From the IMG/VR virus record IMGVR_UViG_3300006735_000076, positions 1-39,322 of that record: a DNA stretch of 39,322 bases; one strand, 5' to 3'. The notes under the pieces are model-generated. The model was given only the letters and a program-made list of their open reading frames with translations, was not told the DNA's origin and did no database searches. Position numbers and translations under genes: made by a program. Shown one piece after another: positions 8,342 to 16,760 of the stretch. The DNA comes from a virus (lineage: Duplodnaviria; Caudoviricetes). Within the stretch, counting starts at the first letter, position 1. Each line of letters starts with the position of its first letter.

Positions 8342-8871
8342 ACATATTCGTATTAGATGAAAACCCATTCATAGCAGCACGAGCAATAGACTGTGTAAGG
8401 TTACCAAAGATGGTAACAGAATCAGCACAAATGATAGCCCAAGCGTTACGCAATCACGGTGCTACTGATGAGCAGATGCCACTTACTAAAGCAGGTACTC
8501 CATACAAAGGTGGTTACAAACATCACCCATGTTCAAAGTGGGTATCTATCAATCGTGCTAACTTCTCATGGTTATGTCATCATGCGATGGGGTTACTTGA
8601 TGAGCAGTTTGAAAGATTCGGTACTGTTCATTCTTGTCACAATCCTATCTATCAAATGTCGGCGTTGTCTAGTTTAATCCCCGATGGTGAACTTACACCA
8701 TTTGCAAGAGCGTTTGACAAGACTAATCCCGACCATGATGATTGGTATGATGAAAGTAAGTTTACTGCTGTTGAAGCATACAGGACTTATTACAAATCAA
8801 AGGTAGACAGTCCGGGTGGTGTGCATTACAGACACACAAGCCCGCCTGATTGGTGGGAGGTGACGGCATGA
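8338..8871 (+). CDS. pyrimidine-dimer DNA glycosylase / DenV-related protein
   Basis: MNIFVLD, KMVTESAQ, Y..HPC..W, N..WL, AVEAYRTYY..K, C-terminal P.WW are family hallmarks. Confidence 0.8.
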   Translation: MNIFVLDENPFIAARAIDCVRLPKMVTESAQMIAQALRNHGATDEQMPLTKAGTPYKGGYKHHPCSKWVSINRANFSWLCHHAMGLLDEQFERFGTVHSCHNPIYQMSALSSLIPDGELTPFARAFDKTNPDHDDWYDESKFTAVEAYRTYYKSKVDSPGGVHYRHTSPPDWWEVTA

Positions 8872-9200
8872 ATGGAAAAGATGTAGTTTGGAGTAAAGAG
8901 ATGAAGGACATGGCAGTTTATTGTATGACAAGTAGTGACACTATTCGTAGTGTGGCTAATTACATAGTTGAATATATTGCACGAGAAGATGAATCAGTTA
9001 GAATCCTTGAATGCGATGGTGAGTGTGAGTATGAAATAGACATTTACAATGCGGCATTGACTAAAGTAATTCAAAAATCGAAGCACTTCAAAGACATAAG
9101 GAGTTTTTACCAAACGGCTTCTGATTACTACGGTGACGACTTCTTTCATCGTTTGGTTAATTATCTAAAGAGGCATTATGGCTTGGAGGTGACGGCGTGA
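8856..9200 (+). repeat. direct repeat GGAGGTGACGGC(A/G)TGA at 8856-8871 and 9185-9200
   Basis: Read directly; 15/16 identical; both upstream ORFs end EVTA*. Confidence 0.9.
8868..9200 (+). CDS. hypothetical protein (110 aa)
   Basis: ATG 8868 after GGAGGTGA; bracketed by 16-nt junction repeats. Confidence 0.7.
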   Translation: MNGKDVVWSKEMKDMAVYCMTSSDTIRSVANYIVEYIAREDESVRILECDGECEYEIDIYNAALTKVIQKSKHFKDIRSFYQTASDYYGDDFFHRLVNYLKRHYGLEVTA

Positions 9201-10141
9201 TAGTATGGAGAGAGAAATACAGACCAAACAAAATAGACGACCTAGCAGGTTGTAAGGAATTCAAAGAGGCGGCCAAGTCTTGGCTAGCCAAAGGTAGTCT
9301 ACCAGCAAATATGCTGTATGTAGGTCCACCCGGTGTAGGCAAGACCAGCGCAGCGTATGCACTAGCCAAGGAGTTGTATGGCGATTACTTCGATCCATCC
9401 AACTTCATTGTAACCAATGCAAGTGATGAGCGTGGTATCGATTTCGTCAGAGAACTAAAGCACATGGCTAAGCAGAAAGGCATAGGAGTCAGGAGGCGCA
9501 TATTCGTATTGGATGAAGCAGACTCACTGACACCTGCGGCACAGAAGGCACTGAGGCAAGTGATGGAGGACAGTCACAGAACTGCGATATTCATATTGAC
9601 AGCGAATGACATCTCTCCGATACACAAAGCAATCAGAGACAGATGCCTCACATTTAGATTCAAACCCCTCGCTGATGAGGAGGCAAGGAAGAAACTGTTG
9701 GAAATACATACGGCGGAGAACTTGCCTATTCCGTGGCGAGAACAGTATACTATGTTGAACCGCTTAACCAACGGTAGTTTGAGACAAAGTATAGACATTT
9801 TAGAGGGTACACCTAAGACAGATGAAGGCCTGTCTCAGAAACTCAGACGCAGTACTGAGAGCCTGAACAAGGCAGCACTCAGTTTCGTTGGAGGAGACTA
9901 CCAGCGACTAGCGGAGAACATGAAAACCAACCTCAGAGAGGGCAACAGTCGTGTCGCAACACTAATAGGGTTGAGACACCGAGGGCGGTCTCTACTGGAG
10001 GGTGGTCAGGACGATTGGTACGCATTTATGTTAACATATGGAGAGTTTATCCTGTTAGCAAACTTGTGGCCCGATGATGACGATTCCTTTGTAGACTACT
10101 TTGTAGCGAAATTAAGGAAAAACAAGGAGGAAAAAATATGA
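9197..10141 (+). CDS. rfcS: replication factor C small subunit (clamp loader)
   Basis: WREKYRP, GPPGVGKT, NASDERG, LDEAD, AQKALR, IRDRC (SRC box); GTG start after GGAGGTGA. Confidence 0.92.
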   Translation: MIVWREKYRPNKIDDLAGCKEFKEAAKSWLAKGSLPANMLYVGPPGVGKTSAAYALAKELYGDYFDPSNFIVTNASDERGIDFVRELKHMAKQKGIGVRRRIFVLDEADSLTPAAQKALRQVMEDSHRTAIFILTANDISPIHKAIRDRCLTFRFKPLADEEARKKLLEIHTAENLPIPWREQYTMLNRLTNGSLRQSIDILEGTPKTDEGLSQKLRRSTESLNKAALSFVGGDYQRLAENMKTNLREGNSRVATLIGLRHRGRSLLEGGQDDWYAFMLTYGEFILLANLWPDDDDSFVDYFVAKLRKNKEEKI

Positions 10142-11421
10142 ACGACGAGAGACAATTACCGGAGGGCGTACTAGAACGCCTACAAGGATATGCAGAAAGA
10201 GCACAGAAAAAGATAGGAGAGGCAGCAAACGAGTATTTTGCTTGGATAGAGCAAGAGTTTGCAGTGTCTGACTGGAAAGACGAAGACGATGATTTGCTGG
10301 TCGAGTGGGCAGAAATGTTTACACTTGAAACACGCAATCTTGGTAGCACTGGCGGCGGTGGCCGTGAAACAGTTACCTTCGTTGGTCAGTTTGTAGGCAT
10401 TGATGACAAAATCAATGACTATAGAGAAAACGCTAGAGAGAAGGCAATTGCGTCTTACCGTAACAACTCCGGCCAAGCCATCGATAATGGCGTGGTTGGT
10501 ATAGTTAAGGCGAAAGACGGAGTATGGCATGTCAACGGCGAGCCTACCAAAGAACGCATCGATGGAGACAAACTACCTTGGTTTGGACTACAAGTCGATG
10601 GCGATCTCATCTGTCTAATGAATGACAAGGGTACACCTATGGCACCTGAAAGCAGAGTCCGTAACCTGTACTTGCTTGGTAACGATAAGGAGAACTTCAA
10701 CAGAGCAATTAGCATTTGGCGTGTTTCCCTTACAGGTAACAACATGTCTGAAGAATACGAATTCGGCAGACCAGTAACCTGTCAAGTAATCAGGTCTAAC
10801 AAGGAAGGCGCTGATACAGTTTACACTAACAGGGACTTCAGCAAGACTATGGTATACACTGACTCTTTCGTAGAGGAAGATGATAGAGTACTACTTAGGC
10901 CTGAAAAGTATCTAGTTAGCACAGGTATGCACGAATCATATGTCGAAATAGACGAATTGACTGAGGCATACGAAGAGCGCAAGTTACAGAGCAGTAGCGG
11001 TAACTACTATGGTCCTACTATCATCACTAAGGGATATGTCAGTAGACTCAACCTAGAGCCTATGGACAATCAATACGACCAAACAGGTCGTGCATTTAGA
11101 TTGAGCGTAACCAGCCCTAGCCTACAGCGTAAGTTCGGCAGGGACTCAGCAATGTCTGAAGTAACTGTATGGGTACCGGGCCGCATCTACGATGACAGTC
11201 ATCCGTTTGAGTTTAAGGACAATTACGGCGAATGGCAACCATATGCAGAAAAGACACCAGTAATCATATTTGGTCGCATTCGTATGAGTGTATACAATGA
11301 CCAAACCACCCCTAACCTAACAGCATTCGGTATCTATGTACCACCTCGTACAGCGAGACCGGGTGCTAAGGGTGGAGACACTAGCATAGACCAATTCAAG
11401 AACAACGGAGATGAATACTGA
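10138..11421 (+). CDS. putative OB-fold ssDNA-binding (RPA-like) protein
   Basis: Beta-rich, aromatic; OB-like segments (IITKGYV...VTVWVPG...VIIFGRI); lies between RFC and the recombinase-like ATPase. Called from context and fold pattern only. Confidence 0.5.
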   Translation: MNDERQLPEGVLERLQGYAERAQKKIGEAANEYFAWIEQEFAVSDWKDEDDDLLVEWAEMFTLETRNLGSTGGGGRETVTFVGQFVGIDDKINDYRENAREKAIASYRNNSGQAIDNGVVGIVKAKDGVWHVNGEPTKERIDGDKLPWFGLQVDGDLICLMNDKGTPMAPESRVRNLYLLGNDKENFNRAISIWRVSLTGNNMSEEYEFGRPVTCQVIRSNKEGADTVYTNRDFSKTMVYTDSFVEEDDRVLLRPEKYLVSTGMHESYVEIDELTEAYEERKLQSSSGNYYGPTIITKGYVSRLNLEPMDNQYDQTGRAFRLSVTSPSLQRKFGRDSAMSEVTVWVPGRIYDDSHPFEFKDNYGEWQPYAEKTPVIIFGRIRMSVYNDQTTPNLTAFGIYVPPRTARPGAKGGDTSIDQFKNNGDEY

Positions 11422-12437
11422 TGGCAGGATTTGGAGCAATGAAGAAGAAGGATGAAGAGAGAGCAGAAGCGATCTTCCAAGCGGAGGCAGCAGAAGTAGA
11501 CAAGCAGGTTGTAGAGGCGAAAGCCCCTGCACCTGCTCCTGTTTCTAAGAGCAACTTCCCTAACTTGGAAGCAGAGTTCAAAGAACAGACTAACCCTAAC
11601 AGGATAAGACCTAGCAAGGTATTCTGTGGAGTTGTCGGACACGAAGGTACTGGTAAGTCCGGTATCGTGATTGACGGACACATGCACAAATACCCTGAAG
11701 GTATGCTGTGGGCAATGGATTTCGATAACGGAGCAATGGCCTGTAAAGAAGCACACTATCCGGGTTCTGATGAGAGAGTAAGAGTATGGTCTCCTTGGGT
11801 TATGCAATCCAATGATAGAACATCTTACGATTATCCTGAAACACACAATCGTGTAATGGACTTACTGCGCTATGCTGTAGAGTACGCACAGAAGCAATCT
11901 AAGGCAGGCTTTGGGGGCAAGAAACTCAACACCTTCTTAGTTACATCTGTAGACCAATTCGATCAAGTCTGTATGAACAACATGAAGATTTACGACTTAG
12001 AGGATAACAATGTAAAGGATGCAATTGGTGCTGCCAAGGTTGAAGTCAACCAAGGTATCGGTTGGAACTGGAACATCAGGTCAACTAGGTTCAAGCAGAT
12101 GACAGCATTGTGTCAGAAACTAAACGCTCTAGGCGTGGATGTGTACTGGGAAACCCACCTCAAAGAGGACAAGGATGGCAAAGTCGGATTCGACGGCTGG
12201 AAGTTCGCATGGGAGAAGAGTGCAAACAACGACCTGTTCCAAATCATTTGGTGTCACGCCCGTAAGGTTCGTGGCGACGATGGTAAGGAAACAGGCGAGA
12301 TTAGACACACAGCAGAGTTCTTCAAAGAGAAAACCAATTCTGACCTAAAGGGTCAGGAGAGGCTGTACTTCGTCACCAAGAAGGGCGAGCCTGCTCAATG
12401 GCACGGCTTGTCTGAACTGCGTGAAGGGGTTCTCTGA
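11421..12437 (+). CDS. RecA-fold P-loop ATPase (Sak4/AAA_24/RadA-like)
   Basis: Walker A GHEGTGKS, then MDFDNG, degenerate Walker B FLVTSVD, and VYWETH; low-complexity N-terminal extension. Confidence 0.7.
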   Translation: MAGFGAMKKKDEERAEAIFQAEAAEVDKQVVEAKAPAPAPVSKSNFPNLEAEFKEQTNPNRIRPSKVFCGVVGHEGTGKSGIVIDGHMHKYPEGMLWAMDFDNGAMACKEAHYPGSDERVRVWSPWVMQSNDRTSYDYPETHNRVMDLLRYAVEYAQKQSKAGFGGKKLNTFLVTSVDQFDQVCMNNMKIYDLEDNNVKDAIGAAKVEVNQGIGWNWNIRSTRFKQMTALCQKLNALGVDVYWETHLKEDKDGKVGFDGWKFAWEKSANNDLFQIIWCHARKVRGDDGKETGEIRHTAEFFKEKTNSDLKGQERLYFVTKKGEPAQWHGLSELREGVL

Positions 12438-12548
12438 GTAAAGTGATTCACTAGGGGTTAATCCAGTAATAAGTGGCAAACTTTCAAAACTCGGAGATAG
12501 TGTCTTCTCTTGTACATGAACCGCTTTCCCCACCCGTGAGGTGATAAT
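12438..12548 (+). promoter_or_regulatory. only sizeable intergenic gap in the + block; potential stem structure and RBS
   Basis: AAAGTGATTCA (12440-12450) can pair with TGAACCGCTTT (12517-12527); GAGGTGA RBS before ATG 12549. Confidence 0.35.
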
Positions 12549-13307
12549 ATGACAAGTTTCAAAGTAAGTAACAAAGATCTAGCCCAGTTCATTACAGGGT
12601 TTGGCAAAGAATTGCCTGACATTGTATTCAGGGTCAAAGATGAATATGTAGAATCGGCAGTGGGTAAAGACACCCACTACCTTAGACGACGACTGGCTGT
12701 TAGAGAAGCAGAGGCTGGCAACATTGCAGTAAGCGATGTATCTAGGCTACTTGCATTCTTGAAGGCCACAAAGACCGGAGAGGTCAGCATCAATCAGATG
12801 GGTAAGACATCAGTGTTGCATGTAGCCTGTGGCAAATCCACACTACAGTTGCCGACATCATCCTACCTGACTACTCAGAAGCAATTGCCTCTGATAGAAA
12901 GATTGGTTGGTGAAGGTGAAACTAACATGTGGCAGAGTTGGGCCAATTTCGACCTAGACTGTCACGGTATAGTAAACGGAGAAGATTTCGCCCCTGCGGC
13001 ACAGTTTGACAAAGTAATTGGTGGCAAGTTTTCCTGTAAGTCAGCATTTGACCCATCAGGTGAGTATGTAGTCAGTGCGGGTTCAAAGGCCAAGGGCAAG
13101 ATGTTTGTCCGTGTACCTATCACCAACTGTGAATCTAATAACGATACAGTGAACTCAGCATTTGCTTACTGGTTACCATCGCTACTGGCTAACCTACCAC
13201 CGGGACCACTCAATCTCCACACAGGGGATGAAACAGTCCTTGTGATAGAGCAGGGTGACACTGGTTTCCTACTAGTCGTGATGGATCAAGAGTACGAGGA
13301 GGACTGA
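12549..13307 (+). CDS. pcn: divergent PCNA-like sliding clamp
   Basis: 252 aa, two-domain beta-alpha-beta3 periodicity, PCNA-like C-terminus (L..G.E..L.I......LVVM); located between RFC and PolB. Confidence 0.65.
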   Translation: MTSFKVSNKDLAQFITGFGKELPDIVFRVKDEYVESAVGKDTHYLRRRLAVREAEAGNIAVSDVSRLLAFLKATKTGEVSINQMGKTSVLHVACGKSTLQLPTSSYLTTQKQLPLIERLVGEGETNMWQSWANFDLDCHGIVNGEDFAPAAQFDKVIGGKFSCKSAFDPSGEYVVSAGSKAKGKMFVRVPITNCESNNDTVNSAFAYWLPSLLANLPPGPLNLHTGDETVLVIEQGDTGFLLVVMDQEYEED

Positions 13308-13309
13308 GT

Positions 13310-13447
13310 ATGTTCTATCAGTGTAACTGTGGTAAAGACATACCTTATCACAAAGGTAACAAAAAGAAGCCACTTTGTCCACATTGTCATTGCTACCAAG
13401 GCGAAGGCGGTTGTAACGACTGCGAATGTTTGGGGGAAGAGGAGTGA
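13310..13447 (+). CDS. 45-aa Cys-rich protein; not in ORF track
   Basis: MFYQCNCGKDIPYHKGNKKKPLCPHCHCYQGEGGCNDCECLGEEE*; GAGGAGG RBS; stop overlaps the PolB GTG. Confidence 0.75.
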   Translation: MFYQCNCGKDIPYHKGNKKKPLCPHCHCYQGEGGCNDCECLGEEE

Positions 13448-15798
13448 TTATCAACACCTACCGACCCGACCCTGAAGGACACGACCACATATACAAGAGA
13501 TGGCGTGACTCTGAAGGAAACCTGATAGAAGAGCGAATCAGTGATTTTAAGCCGTACTTTTGGATTTTAAACAAAACGCCTGAGAGAATTGTACAGCGTG
13601 TTCTGTCACGATACCCCGGTAGTTCGATTGATAAAGAGGACACTGCGATTGCTCTAAAGACAGAGGACACACTGGTTAAGGTATATGCCTACAGACAAGC
13701 AGATGTCAGACAGATGCAAAAGGAGTTTGGTAGGACTTGGGAAGCAGACATGAGTCTAACCGACAGGTACCTCATAGATGAAATCAGAGAGATGCCTGAG
13801 TGGAAACCCCGTGTATGGCACTTCGATTTGGAATGGGATCCCCATGACAACTTCACAACTGTTATGTCTGTAGTGGACAACTACAACAATAGGAATGTCA
13901 CATTTTGCTGGAGCGAAGAAACAGCAGAAATAGAAGAGAAAGGGTTCGTAAGAAAAGAGGAACGCCATGTAAAGCATGAAGGTGCCGACTTTGTTTACGA
14001 GCGTTTATTCTACACTGATGAAAAGTCAATGCACAGTGCCTTCTTAGATTATTTAGAAGAGTGCAACCCCGATATACTCATAGCCCACGCTATCATGTGG
14101 GCAGATTTACCTCACCTAGTCAGTAGACTGGATGAGTTCAGACGACTCAGCCCTCTTGGCCGTGTACTGAAACCACCTAAAGGAGAGCGTGGTTACAAGT
14201 ACACTGCTCAGCCAATCATAGGCAGATTGTGCTTCGACACAGCAGCGCCCTACGACAGTGGTACAGGCTTTGAGCGTGTATGGAAGGATAGCGGTAAACC
14301 GCAATTAGCCAGTCGAAAACTAGACCACATTACAGGCCCCGATGTATTGAATTACGGCGGCAAATTTGACATGGATGTATTTACAGGATGGAGAGAGAGA
14401 TTTGATGACTATTGTGATTATTGTATGCAAGATACTTTACTACTCAAAAGAATGGATGAAGAAAATCATGTCCTAAATTTCTTCTTATCATTACAGCGTA
14501 TATGTGGTGTGACATTCACTTCATGTCACAATGTAACTAGATTCGCCCGTGGCCTGCTCAGCAGACGCACACACTGGAAGGCACCTACAAGGCCTGATGT
14601 AGAGAAACAGGACTACGAGGGTGCATACATTCCTCCGCCCAAACCGGGCAGGTACGAGGGTGTAGCGTGTGTAGATTACAAGGGACTGTACCCTTCACTC
14701 ATTTTATCACATTCACTATCATGGGAAACCCAAGTAGATCGAAGTAGAGCCGGTGAAGACGGTGTACACAAGTTACCTGACGGCTCTTGTTGGGACCAAT
14801 CCAAGAAGGGGCTACTTCCTCAAATTGTAGAGGAAATGTTTGAGTTGCGTGATGAATACAAAGGTAAGATGAAAGCGGCAGATAGCCCTACAGAGAGGGC
14901 TGGCTGGAATACAATGCAACTTGCTACCAAGCGAGTGATGGCGAGCCTATACGGTATGGTCGCCAGTGCTCATTGGGGCTGGTGTGACTTCGACATAGCC
15001 AACGCTATCACAGCCTGTGGTAGAGAGGCAATCAAATTCCTAATGGAAGAATCAGAGGCTCAGGGCTACGAGGCTCTGTATGGTCACACTGATTCAGCAT
15101 TCGTGAGTGTACCATTCGATGAGGCACCGGCATTAGCCAAGCATCTGACAGACAAGGTACAAGTTGATCTCAACGCAAGTCACCTATTCGTGGAGTTTGA
15201 GGCATATATGCCATACTGGTTAGTAGCGGGGAAAAATCTCTACTACGGTATATGCTCTTGGCCCCCTGAAGATGAGGGTAAGCCTAAGTCGGCTCGATTC
15301 GGTAAGATTTCTACTCTCGCACCTATCTCTCGCAACTTAGAGAGAGATGTGCTAAACTTGGTATGCCAAGGTGCATCAGAAGCAGATGTAATAGACCATG
15401 TTAGGCCTATTGCACTCAAGATACAGAAGGCCAAGGTCGATTTGAAAGAGGTAACTGGAGTAACTAGAATATCTAAGAAATTGAAGGATTATGCCAAGCC
15501 TACCTTGGGTGCTAAGGCTGCTGTGTATTACAATAAACACATGGCAGAGCGATTCAGCCAGCCCAAGTTTGATGAAGGTGACAGTGTACCGTGGGTATAT
15601 GTTGCCTCTTCTCCTGACTGGGCCGCACCTACAGATATAGTCTGTTACAAGGACATATCTGAGATGGAGGGCTTTACGCTCGATTGGGAGAAAATGGTTG
15701 ACAGGTTAGTTAAGCGCAAGGTCAAGCCGATATTCCAAGCCCTTGAATGGGACTTAGAATCGGCTTCAGGTGCAGCACGACCAAAGAGGTATTGGTGA
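13444..15798 (+). CDS. polB: family B DNA polymerase, archaeal-like
   Basis: FKPYF, EAD...RYLID, ExoI FDLEW, ExoIII YCMQD, YEGA, motif A DYKGLYPS, motif B KRVMASLYG, motif C YGHTDS, KNLYYG; GTG start after GAGGAG. Confidence 0.95.
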   Translation: MIINTYRPDPEGHDHIYKRWRDSEGNLIEERISDFKPYFWILNKTPERIVQRVLSRYPGSSIDKEDTAIALKTEDTLVKVYAYRQADVRQMQKEFGRTWEADMSLTDRYLIDEIREMPEWKPRVWHFDLEWDPHDNFTTVMSVVDNYNNRNVTFCWSEETAEIEEKGFVRKEERHVKHEGADFVYERLFYTDEKSMHSAFLDYLEECNPDILIAHAIMWADLPHLVSRLDEFRRLSPLGRVLKPPKGERGYKYTAQPIIGRLCFDTAAPYDSGTGFERVWKDSGKPQLASRKLDHITGPDVLNYGGKFDMDVFTGWRERFDDYCDYCMQDTLLLKRMDEENHVLNFFLSLQRICGVTFTSCHNVTRFARGLLSRRTHWKAPTRPDVEKQDYEGAYIPPPKPGRYEGVACVDYKGLYPSLILSHSLSWETQVDRSRAGEDGVHKLPDGSCWDQSKKGLLPQIVEEMFELRDEYKGKMKAADSPTERAGWNTMQLATKRVMASLYGMVASAHWGWCDFDIANAITACGREAIKFLMEESEAQGYEALYGHTDSAFVSVPFDEAPALAKHLTDKVQVDLNASHLFVEFEAYMPYWLVAGKNLYYGICSWPPEDEGKPKSARFGKISTLAPISRNLERDVLNLVCQGASEADVIDHVRPIALKIQKAKVDLKEVTGVTRISKKLKDYAKPTLGAKAAVYYNKHMAERFSQPKFDEGDSVPWVYVASSPDWAAPTDIVCYKDISEMEGFTLDWEKMVDRLVKRKVKPIFQALEWDLESASGAARPKRYW

Positions 15799-15802
15799 TA
15801 TT

Positions 15803-16759
15803 ATGACAAGAGATTTTGAAGCATACAAGAAGTCCACATACAAGTGGGAACCGGGGCACGAATTACATCTACGAATCACTAAATCTAGCCTGACTAGTGA
15901 CTTCGATTACTGTCCACAGCAGTATCATTACAAGCGTAGAGAGGGACGCAAGACTCCTCAAACAGACGCTATGGTTAAGGGTATCAATATACACAATGCT
16001 ATGGAAGAGTTCTATGTATATGTTAGACCCAACATCAACAAAGTACTGAAACTACTCAATGAAAAGAAGAGAGATGAAGCACTCGATTTGTTTATCAAAA
16101 GTGTACCTGAGCCTGAAGAGCCTTGGGAACTAGGAGAAGGCCCAGTTATAGTAAAAAGGCTGAATTGGGAGTTGGATCGACTAGAGGCTACACAGGGTGA
16201 AAACTTCTTACCAGTCATTAACGAAGATGAGATACATGTATTCACTGAGCGTGAGTTTGTACATAATGGGGAAACTCACATTGTACCTATTCACTTTGCT
16301 GGTATGATAGACCGTGGATTTGAAAACGATGATGGCACTATTAGCCTGATGGAGTTAAAGACAGGTAAATGGAAGCAGAAGTGGGACAAGAAAAAGAATG
16401 ATTGGGCCGATGATAGATACAAGGTACAGGGCATGCGCAAAGAAATGGCATACTACGCTGACTTACTCAAGATGGCAGACCACCCACTACAGAATGTAAC
16501 TCATTGGGGCTGGTTCTATCCTGACGGCTCCTGTGGCGATGATATGGAAGGTGTCAGGTTCATAGATAGTTGGAAGCACGAGAAGGTAGTTAAGTCCTAT
16601 TCTAAGTCCTTAGATAAGGACATCAATAATCTGTTAGAGGCCTACTTTACAGACAACTTTCCACCAAAACCACACCAAGGTAAATGTGCTTGGTGCAGTT
16701 TTACTGAAGATTGCCCCGCATGGAAACCCGGCGGTGAGCATCACTGGCCGAGGTGGTAA
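15803..16759 (+). CDS. Cas4/AddB-like PD-(D/E)XK exonuclease with Fe-S ligands
   Basis: N-terminal YCP and G..IH, GMIDR, MELKTG, EMAYY, C-terminal CAWC-x5-C; ATG 15803 after GGTGA. Confidence 0.85.
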   Translation: MTRDFEAYKKSTYKWEPGHELHLRITKSSLTSDFDYCPQQYHYKRREGRKTPQTDAMVKGINIHNAMEEFYVYVRPNINKVLKLLNEKKRDEALDLFIKSVPEPEEPWELGEGPVIVKRLNWELDRLEATQGENFLPVINEDEIHVFTEREFVHNGETHIVPIHFAGMIDRGFENDDGTISLMELKTGKWKQKWDKKKNDWADDRYKVQGMRKEMAYYADLLKMADHPLQNVTHWGWFYPDGSCGDDMEGVRFIDSWKHEKVVKSYSKSLDKDINNLLEAYFTDNFPPKPHQGKCAWCSFTEDCPAWKPGGEHHWPRW

Positions 16760-16760
16760 A

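Noticed and set aside
12438-12548. tRNA gene in the intergenic gap
   Set aside because: No cloverleaf and no T-loop GTTCRA consensus.
15803-16759. Cas4-like gene as evidence of a CRISPR-Cas system or casposon
   Set aside because: No repeat-spacer array, cas1 or other cas genes; solo Cas4-like nucleases are common in archaeal virus replication modules.
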